Shown: positions 57,599 through 64,000 of the stretch, piece after piece
How positions within the stretch are numbered: the first letter of the stretch is position 1
Layout: each line of letters begins with the position of its first letter
Source: Candidatus Lustribacter sp.
GTDB taxonomy: Bacteria; Vulcanimicrobiota; Vulcanimicrobiia; Vulcanimicrobiales; Vulcanimicrobiaceae
Assembly: GCA_965277805.1 (NCBI GenBank)
Contig: OZ255842.1
Location: 1,984,001-2,048,000, forward strand
DNA: 64,000 nucleotides
Reading direction: 5' to 3'
Made by a program: the position numbers and the translations under genes
The notes under the pieces: generated by a model
Seen by the model: the letters and a program-made list of their open reading frames with translations, nothing else
What the model was told of the DNA's origin: nothing
Databases searched by the model: none

Positions 57599-57968
57599 AT
57601 GACGAACGCTTTATTCGGAGATCCGGGCTTACTCACCGATTTAGCGTCGATGACGCCCGCTGAATTCGACGCCTTGCCTTTCGGAGCGATTGCGATGACG
57701 CAAGGCAGTATCGTTGCTGCCTACAATCGCTACGAATCCGATATGACGGGTTTCGATGCGCAGCGCATGATTGGGAAGCATTTTTTTCGCGAAATCGCAC
57801 CGTGCACGAACAATGCTATTGTCGCCGGTATTTTCGATCTCGCCGAAGAAGTCGATGAGATCGTGCCGTACGTTTTTCACGCTCAAAGGCGACATCATCG
57901 AGGTGCGTTTGCGGCTGATCAAGGATCGCGCGGCCGCGCAACAATTTGTACTTGTAGAACGCGTGTGA
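57599..57968 (+). pseudogene. Photoactive yellow protein (PYP)-like PAS protein, frameshifted at T5 run 57873-57877
   Basis: FDALPFGAI, YNRYESDMTG, IGKHFFREIAPCT, PYVF in one frame; TLKGDIIEVRLRLIK..FVLVERV-stop in the next frame. Confidence 0.85.
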
Positions 57969-58161
57969 GCGACCAATTACAACTTTGTATGTAGTCGCAA
58001 AAGCAGCGGCGCTGGGCCATCGCTTAATCCAATGGCGGGCACGTTTTGACTTATCCGAGCGTTGCACAGCTTTTCGACGATGGAAACAAATACCGGATGA
58101 GCTGGCTCCGCACGTTGTTGTTTTAATGTCGACGTACCCTGCTCACGAGGGCAAGGGCCAC

Positions 58162-59346
58162 CTATTTCAAGAGATAACCATGAGGGCGGCTCGCGCTTCG
58201 CCAGGTTTCTGTGGCTGCGTCCCACTGCGCGATATCGACGGCATTTTCGCTGATGCCGTGCTGATCGCCGGCGCCGAAATCGAAGACGCCGTTAGCGCCC
58301 ACCCAACCGTGGAGGTGGTTGATGTAATTGCGCACCTGATCTGGCGTCGGATCGGGGCCAAGGTGGCGGAGCGCATCGACATAGATCATCAGCGGGTCCC
58401 AAGCGAGGTTGGTCGCAGCGTCGGGACGCACGCCGATCGCTTTGAATGCCTTCTGGTACGCCGTTTGCGCGTCGCGCACAGGGCCCGGTTTCACCGCGTC
58501 CGGCGTCAAGGCCAACAACGTCGCGAAGTAGAGTTGCTTAGGCAAGAACGCGGCGTACGATGCTAGTTGGGAATAGACCATGTTCGAGCTCGGAACTTGC
58601 ACCGGCGCCGAATTGCCCGCATCGTTGAGCGCACGAAGGGCCGTCGCGACCGGTGTACCCGTCGCCCAAACGAAAATTGCATCGGGCCTGGCCGCGAGAA
58701 TGCGTGTCACTTGGGCCGCTGCGCTAACATCGCTCGGCGCGAAGCGTTCTTGTGCGGCGAGCTTGACGTCGCGATTCTCCGGCAACGCCAACGCCTGAAG
58801 CGCCTGCGCTTCGAGAGCAACACCGGAAGCGTCGGTCGAACTCAGCATCGCAACGCGTTTCCAGCCCCGCAACCGGAAGTAGCGCACAGCCACACGTTGT
58901 ACGTCGGGGCTCGGCGCCGATGCAGCAAAGGCGTACCCGAACGGCGTGGTGTTGATCGCCGGTGAGAGGCACCAGTCGACGGGACCGTTTTTGGCGACAA
59001 TCGGCAGCGCAGCGTTGCAAACCGGGCTCGGTCCGCCGTCGATGAAAAGCGGCACTTGCTTCGCAATAAAGCCTTGCACGATCTGCAGGTTCACCGCTGG
59101 TGATGTTTGCGAGTCGGATGCGTCGATCTTCAGCGGCCGTCCGTGGATGCCGCCCTCGCCGTTAACGACGATCTCGACCGCATGGAACGCGTCGACAAGC
59201 GATTTGCCGAGGAACGCTCCCGGCCCAGTCAAAGGAATGCTCGCATTAATGATTACAGGCGCTCCGGCGGGCTTCGCCGGGGCAGCTGCGATAAGCCCTG
59301 CGACACCCAGTATCAACGTGGCGGCGCGTAGTTTAACCCACATCAT
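58162..59346 (-). CDS. ABC substrate-binding protein, branched-chain (LivJ/Peripla_BP_6) type
   Basis: PLTGPGAFLG, GGIHGRPLK, DASG, GANGVFDF. Confidence 0.9.
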   Translation of the reverse strand: MMWVKLRAATLILGVAGLIAAAPAKPAGAPVIINASIPLTGPGAFLGKSLVDAFHAVEIVVNGEGGIHGRPLKIDASDSQTSPAVNLQIVQGFIAKQVPLFIDGGPSPVCNAALPIVAKNGPVDWCLSPAINTTPFGYAFAASAPSPDVQRVAVRYFRLRGWKRVAMLSSTDASGVALEAQALQALALPENRDVKLAAQERFAPSDVSAAAQVTRILAARPDAIFVWATGTPVATALRALNDAGNSAPVQVPSSNMVYSQLASYAAFLPKQLYFATLLALTPDAVKPGPVRDAQTAYQKAFKAIGVRPDAATNLAWDPLMIYVDALRHLGPDPTPDQVRNYINHLHGWVGANGVFDFGAGDQHGISENAVDIAQWDAATETWRSASRPHGYLLK

Positions 59347-59359
59347 AATCTCTATCTTT

Positions 59360-60289
59360 TCAGTATGTATTTTTATCAAAGAGCACCAAGGCATTGCTGC
59401 GGTTGACTGCAGTGTGCTCGACATCTGAGAGCAGCGGGCTTTCGTCGAGCATGGACGTGAATTGTTCGGCAGCACCGCCCGGGCCGTACGGAAAGTCACT
59501 TCCGAACACGATCCGCGAGGGGTCCGCAAACACTTTCAAGCTCGGAATCGTGTACGGGCTCGACGATAGTGCCGTGTCGAAATAGAAGCGGCGGAACGAT
59601 TCCACGATGGCGTCGACGCCGGACGCGCCGGGCATGAGGGCCGCGCACGCAGCAAACCGTTGCACGGCATACGGTACGAAGCCGCCGGCGTGTGAAAGGA
59701 TCACGCGCATCTCCTGATGGCGGTCGAGCACGCCGTTCACGACCATGTCGTTTGCCGTGCGCGCTGTATCGCAGGGGAAATCGAGGAATGGTGCCGGGAT
59801 GCCGGTGAGTTCGCGAAGAGTGCTTCGCGTGGGGTGGATGAAAACGGTAGCCTTACGGCGATCGAGTTCGACCCAGAGGGGTTCGAACCACGCATCGCCC
59901 AGATACCGGTCGCCGTAGTTGGAAAGGAGCACCACGCCGTCGGCTGCCAGCACGTCGTAGGCGTAGTCGAGTTCCCTCAATGCAAAATCGATATCCGGTA
60001 ACGGGAGCGTCGCGAAGTGGCCGAAGCGCTCAGGCCAGCCGTCGACGAGGTTCGCCGTGTAGTCGTTGACGTCGCGCGCCAGCGCCGGGCGTTCACTTTC
60101 GGTCCAATCGGAAAGGGCGGGCGCCGTTAGCGAAAGGATCCCTTTCGCAATCTGCCGGGAGTCCATATACGCGATTGCCGCTTCCGGCGTCCATGCCGGC
60201 GGACGGTGGACGGAGTGACGCTCTTTAAGGCCGTCTATCCAGAACGGCGGAAGCACGTGCTGGTGGACGTCGATGCGTTCTGCGCTCAT
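59360..60289 (-). CDS. Amidohydrolase-2 family protein (aromatic decarboxylase-like)
   Basis: IDVHQH, VFIHP, LSHAGG, FYFDTA, FGSDFPY. Confidence 0.92.
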   Translation of the reverse strand: MSAERIDVHQHVLPPFWIDGLKERHSVHRPPAWTPEAAIAYMDSRQIAKGILSLTAPALSDWTESERPALARDVNDYTANLVDGWPERFGHFATLPLPDIDFALRELDYAYDVLAADGVVLLSNYGDRYLGDAWFEPLWVELDRRKATVFIHPTRSTLRELTGIPAPFLDFPCDTARTANDMVVNGVLDRHQEMRVILSHAGGFVPYAVQRFAACAALMPGASGVDAIVESFRRFYFDTALSSSPYTIPSLKVFADPSRIVFGSDFPYGPGGAAEQFTSMLDESPLLSDVEHTAVNRSNALVLFDKNTY

Positions 60290-60296
60290 GAGCGCA

Positions 60297-61436
60297 CTAT
60301 GAGGCGGCATCTCCGGATTCGAAGGTCGCCAGCTTGCCTTCGCCCGAGCGTTTCCACTCCGTCAACGGTTTGCCGTCCCGCAGTGCGTTCATCTCGCGTT
60401 TCCAGATCCGGCGCAGCATTGCGATAGCCCGGTCAGAACTGCCCAAGTGCTCGGCGTTACGGTCGGCAATGAGCCCTTGGCCCCCCATCGTAACCGTATC
60501 TTGAATTACCGGCAGCAGCGGATGCTCCATATCGATCTCATCGAGCGTGATCTCGCATGCCATCACCTGCGCCGCGATTTCCGCCGGGTCGATCATGTTC
60601 GCCCAACCGGCGCGGATCGACTCATCAAAATTGCTTACGCGATCGATCATCACGCTGAGCGTGGTCACGTCGTCGATCGGGACGCGCCATGCAGCGTGAA
60701 TGGTCAAATTTGTACGGTCTTGCTGAATCGCGACGTCGCGCAGCATGATGTTCGGCATGATGACGTGCGTGAAGAGCTTCGTGCCGTCGGTTCGCGCTGC
60801 GGTTGCAACCATGCCGTATTCGGTCTCTTGGGCCGAAATACGGGGAATGTCGATCAGTCCGAACCCGCCCATGAAGTCCTTATGGGTGAAATGGATATGC
60901 ACTTCATCGACATCGTTCTCGACGCGCTGGAAGTAGTTATATGGCAACACGACTGCCATCGAGAGCAATTCGCCGGCGCCCTCATCCTCGAGTTCGGGGA
61001 AACGCGGCAACTCGGGCGGTGCGCCGTCGCCGAAGTAGCCGAAAACGACGCCCAGATACTCACGGACGGGATACGTCTGAAGGCAGATCGATCGTGTGTA
61101 GCTCTCGCTCTCGGCTGGAAAGTCGACGCCCTCACCGGTGCCGGCGAACTTCCAGCCGTGGTAGCGGCAGCGAATGGAGTTATCCTCAACCCAACCGTAC
61201 GCGAGACTTGTTCCACGATGCGGGCAACGATCTTGAACGAGGTTGAGCACGCCGCCGGTACCGCGGAAGAGCGTGTAGAAATTTCCGAGGATCTTGATCC
61301 GCTTGGCCGCGCCCGGCTTGCATTCTGCGGCAATCGCGATCGGTTGCCAATACTGGGCGAGATACCGTCCGGCAATCGCGCCATTCTCAACGTGCGCGAA
61401 ATCATCTAAGGACGGTCGTTGCGGAGTCTCCAGCAT
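60297..61436 (-). CDS. Rieske non-heme iron oxygenase (phthalate 4,5-dioxygenase/LigX-like)
   Basis: CPHRG..CRYHGW Rieske motif; ENDVDEVHIHFTH; QD..GQG; EHLGSSD. Confidence 0.92.
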   Translation of the reverse strand: MLETPQRPSLDDFAHVENGAIAGRYLAQYWQPIAIAAECKPGAAKRIKILGNFYTLFRGTGGVLNLVQDRCPHRGTSLAYGWVEDNSIRCRYHGWKFAGTGEGVDFPAESESYTRSICLQTYPVREYLGVVFGYFGDGAPPELPRFPELEDEGAGELLSMAVVLPYNYFQRVENDVDEVHIHFTHKDFMGGFGLIDIPRISAQETEYGMVATAARTDGTKLFTHVIMPNIMLRDVAIQQDRTNLTIHAAWRVPIDDVTTLSVMIDRVSNFDESIRAGWANMIDPAEIAAQVMACEITLDEIDMEHPLLPVIQDTVTMGGQGLIADRNAEHLGSSDRAIAMLRRIWKREMNALRDGKPLTEWKRSGEGKLATFESGDAAS

Positions 61437-61491
61437 GTAGCGAGTATACGCAGCCGGCCATACCGAAGCAAATCAAAATCGCAGTGCCCGC

Positions 61492-61506
61492 ATTAGCGTT
61501 TCTTAT
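61492..61506. promoter_or_regulatory. Putative LysR T-N11-A binding site
   Basis: ATTAG-CGTTT-CTTAT imperfect palindrome between divergent Rieske and LysR genes. Confidence 0.5.
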
Positions 61507-61558
61507 CGCCCCAAAATGTAGATGAAGAATGCCGCCTCTCTCGAAGGCCGAGGCTCAG

Positions 61559-62479
61559 ATGAGGATCGATCCACAGCGTCTCATCCGGTTGGCCGTGCTG
61601 ATTCAACACGGTAGTTTCTCGCGCGCCGCCGAGCATCTTGGGTTGACGCAGCCCGCGCTCTCGCAAAGCATCGCCCAAATCGAAAAAGAGGTTGGAGTGA
61701 AGCTAATCGAGCGGACGCCGCATGGCGTTGAGCCCACGCTGTATGGCCAGGTTCTCTACGAACACGCGAAATCGATCGACCGCGAACTAGCTCTGGCAGC
61801 ACAACACATCGGTGAGCTGGCGTTTGGTCACAAGGGCGCGTTGCGCATCGGAGCGACCGTCGGCGGAGCGGCGTCGTTCGTTGCGCTCGCCGTCTGCAAG
61901 CTGCAAGCATCGCGCGCGGGTATCGATACGCGCATCGTCGAGGAATTCTCGATCGGTGCGCTGCTCACGCAACTCCACGATCGCACGCTCGACGTGCTCG
62001 TTTGCCCGCGGCCGCGCGAACTTGACCTCAAGGGCGCCAGTTCCACGCCGTTGTTTCTGGCGAAGCGTCTGGCGTGCGTACGGGCCGGACATCCGCTCTC
62101 CGGTGACGTATCGTTGCGAGAGCTCTCGACGTTCTCGTTCGTGTGTCCGGAAGAAGAGCTCGGGCTGCTGTTCGGCTTTCGTCAGATCTTCGGAACCATC
62201 GGCGTCGATCTCCCCGAGGTTCTCGTCGTGAACTCAGTCTATCTGGCCAAGGAGCTCGTGCTGAACTCGGATGCCTTCGGGCTCTTCTCCGACGTGTCGA
62301 TCATCAACGAACACCGGCTCGGATTGGTCAAACCCATCGAACTCGAAACTCCGACGAACTACTGGATGCAACTCATCCTGCGCGCCGAGCAAGCTCGCAA
62401 CGAACCCATCGCCGGTTTCATCGCCGAGATGATCGAGATTTGCAGTGAGCGCGGCATCGAGGTCAATCCGGATGTTTGA
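61559..62479 (+). CDS. LysR-family regulator
   Basis: GSFSRAAEHLGLTQPALSQSIAQIE..LIERTPHGVEPT. Confidence 0.94.
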   Translation: MRIDPQRLIRLAVLIQHGSFSRAAEHLGLTQPALSQSIAQIEKEVGVKLIERTPHGVEPTLYGQVLYEHAKSIDRELALAAQHIGELAFGHKGALRIGATVGGAASFVALAVCKLQASRAGIDTRIVEEFSIGALLTQLHDRTLDVLVCPRPRELDLKGASSTPLFLAKRLACVRAGHPLSGDVSLRELSTFSFVCPEEELGLLFGFRQIFGTIGVDLPEVLVVNSVYLAKELVLNSDAFGLFSDVSIINEHRLGLVKPIELETPTNYWMQLILRAEQARNEPIAGFIAEMIEICSERGIEVNPDV

Positions 62480-63578
62480 CTTGACCGAAGCCGGGGCTCG
62501 TTGGGCCCGCGTGCGCGAACTGATGGCCGAGCACGATCTGGACGCACTGCTTGCCGTAGATCTGTCTCGTGATGAGATCATGTTGGCAAATCAACGCTGG
62601 CTGACCGGGTACATTCCGATCGGTGGTCCCGCGGCCGCGCTTATCCATCGCGACGGCGACCTGGAATTAATCTCGGAGCGCATCGGGGTGCCCGTCACCG
62701 AATACTATGCATCCCACGGCTTCCCGATCGGACTCGTAAACGGCTTCTCGCCCCGTCTGCTCGCTGAGCGGGTTGTGCGCCATTCCCCGAAGCGGCTCGG
62801 AATCGTCGAACCGGACAGTTTCCCCGCGGCCGTCGTGACGTCGCTCGCATCGTTTCCGAAAGTGGTCGACGTTTCTGATGCCTTTCAACGCCTGCGGTTG
62901 CGAAAAAGTGCATATGAAATCGACGTCATCCGCAGGAGTTGCGCGATCGCTGACGCCGTATGGGAACGCGTTCCCGAGATTTTCCGGATCGGACGCAAAC
63001 ACTACGAAGTCGTTGCCGACGTCGACCATCTCGTGCGCCTAGCCGGAGCGGAGGGCGGCTTTCACTTGCTTCTTCCCCTGCCTTTTCTCGGCCGCGCGAT
63101 GCGATCGCTCGCAAGTCATGAGATCGTCGTGCCAGACGCACGCTATCTCTTGGAGATCTCGCCCCGCCTCGACGGCTACTACTCGCAACTGACGATACCG
63201 GTAACGACGCATCAAAACGATCGCGCTGCACTCCAAGCGTACGATGACGTGGTGGCATCGAAGGTGGCCGCCCAACCGCTGATGCGGCCCGGCACCGATC
63301 TTACCGATCTGGCCGGATTCATTTCTGAATACTTGCGCGAACGCGGTCACGCACTCGCGTCGCTCTCGCTCGGACATTTCTGCGGCATGGCACTCGAAGA
63401 ACCGCGTCACGAGCCCTCGCGTTCGCACGTCCTCGAAGAAAACATGACCCTCATCTTCCACCCCGTCATCGGTAACGCGGAACTGCGCTCCCTCATGCGG
63501 GCGGACACCTACCTCATCACCCCCTCCGGAGCCGAACGCTTAAACCGCTATACCGGTGGGATGCTCCAAGTCTCCTAG
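62472..63578 (+). CDS. M24/creatinase-fold protein with atypical metal ligands
   Basis: RWARVRELM..LDAL, RLRKSAYEI, DGYYSQLT, GHFCGM, LEENMTLIFHP, ADTYLITPSGAERL. Confidence 0.85.
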   Translation: MFDLTEAGARWARVRELMAEHDLDALLAVDLSRDEIMLANQRWLTGYIPIGGPAAALIHRDGDLELISERIGVPVTEYYASHGFPIGLVNGFSPRLLAERVVRHSPKRLGIVEPDSFPAAVVTSLASFPKVVDVSDAFQRLRLRKSAYEIDVIRRSCAIADAVWERVPEIFRIGRKHYEVVADVDHLVRLAGAEGGFHLLLPLPFLGRAMRSLASHEIVVPDARYLLEISPRLDGYYSQLTIPVTTHQNDRAALQAYDDVVASKVAAQPLMRPGTDLTDLAGFISEYLRERGHALASLSLGHFCGMALEEPRHEPSRSHVLEENMTLIFHPVIGNAELRSLMRADTYLITPSGAERLNRYTGGMLQVS

Positions 63579-63584
63579 CCCCGG

Positions 63585-64000
63585 CAGTCTTTCGTTCAAC
63601 GTCGGTCGTAAGATCAAAGTGTGCGAAAGCCGTCGCGGCCGCACGAACGGTGCATCGACGCGCAGCGGCATCGCGACGACGCCTTCTTGGTACTCGGATT
63701 GGATGCGGTCGCCTTAGCATCTGGCGAGCATTTCTCCGCGACGCGCAGCTCGATCAGATTTCCATCGTCGTCGTGAAAACAGAGGCCCGAATCGTCGAGC
63801 GCATGCGGCGGCGCGCCGACGATAACAACGTTGCGCTCGGCCAACCGCTTGCGAAACGCCGGCACGTCGTCTTCGTAAATGCCGCATGAAAGATAGTTCA
63901 GCACCTTCGACGCTCCAGCATGATAGCGGGCCCATCGATGCGGGTTTCCGGTCGCATACATCTCAAGCGCGATGCCGCTCGGTTTCATCTCTAGCCCAAA
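63585..64000 (-). pseudogene. VOC/glyoxalase-family (extradiol dioxygenase-like) gene, frameshifted and truncated; 5' part outside window
   Basis: FHDDDGNLIELRV first domain; VRPRRLSHTLI and TTDVER appear in successive shifted frames near 63690 and 63610. Confidence 0.7.

Noticed and set aside
1..64000. CRISPR arrays, rRNA, IS/transposase, prophage or recognisable defence genes
   Set aside because: No regularly spaced repeat-spacer pattern or diagnostic protein motifs seen by eye; highly divergent elements could be missed

Overview
GC-rich bacterial chromosomal segment. Gene style (carboxypeptidase-like-domain TonB receptors, many NMT1/SsuA-type binding proteins, FecR plus beta-propeller lipoprotein) suggests a diderm soil lineage such as Eremiobacterota/Vulcanimicrobiota; this is inference only. 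Left to right: (1) 1-6.6 kb, TonB receptor, NCS1 permease, two divergent 2OG-Fe(II) oxygenases, GntR and an old yellow enzyme; (2) 6.6-17 kb, orphan secretin, an uncharacterised secreted protein, SDR/AraC, two dienelactone hydrolases, FecR plus Vgb-like lipoprotein, and a binding protein; (3) 17-24.4 kb, a minus-strand housekeeping run tRNA-Gly, tRNA-Cys, CHASE3-PP2C, hisF, hisIE, recG, HAD, rsmD, coaD, SepIVA-like; (4) modBC, a PAS-PAS-(GAF)x3-GGDEF-EAL protein and an ABC-F ATPase; (5) 33-48 kb, a catabolic/transport cluster (ABC systems, two isochorismatase-family amidases, TPP enzyme, class II aldolase); (6) 48-58 kb, a partly lower-GC signalling region (HD-GYP, LuxR, small Cys/His proteins, TonB receptor, RsbU-RsbW fusion, GAF, RsbW, frameshifted photoactive-yellow-protein homologue); (7) 58-64 kb, an aromatic catabolism unit (Rieske oxygenase, amidohydrolase, LysR, atypical M24 protein, VOC pseudogene). 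I saw no CRISPR array, rRNA, integrase or transposase. Best leads: the PYP/partner-switching module, a CDS starting in or directly behind tRNA-Cys, a probable CTG start for recG, the twin-oxygenase/NCS1 locus and the small Cys/His proteins. Many start codons were re-assigned by eye and are approximate.
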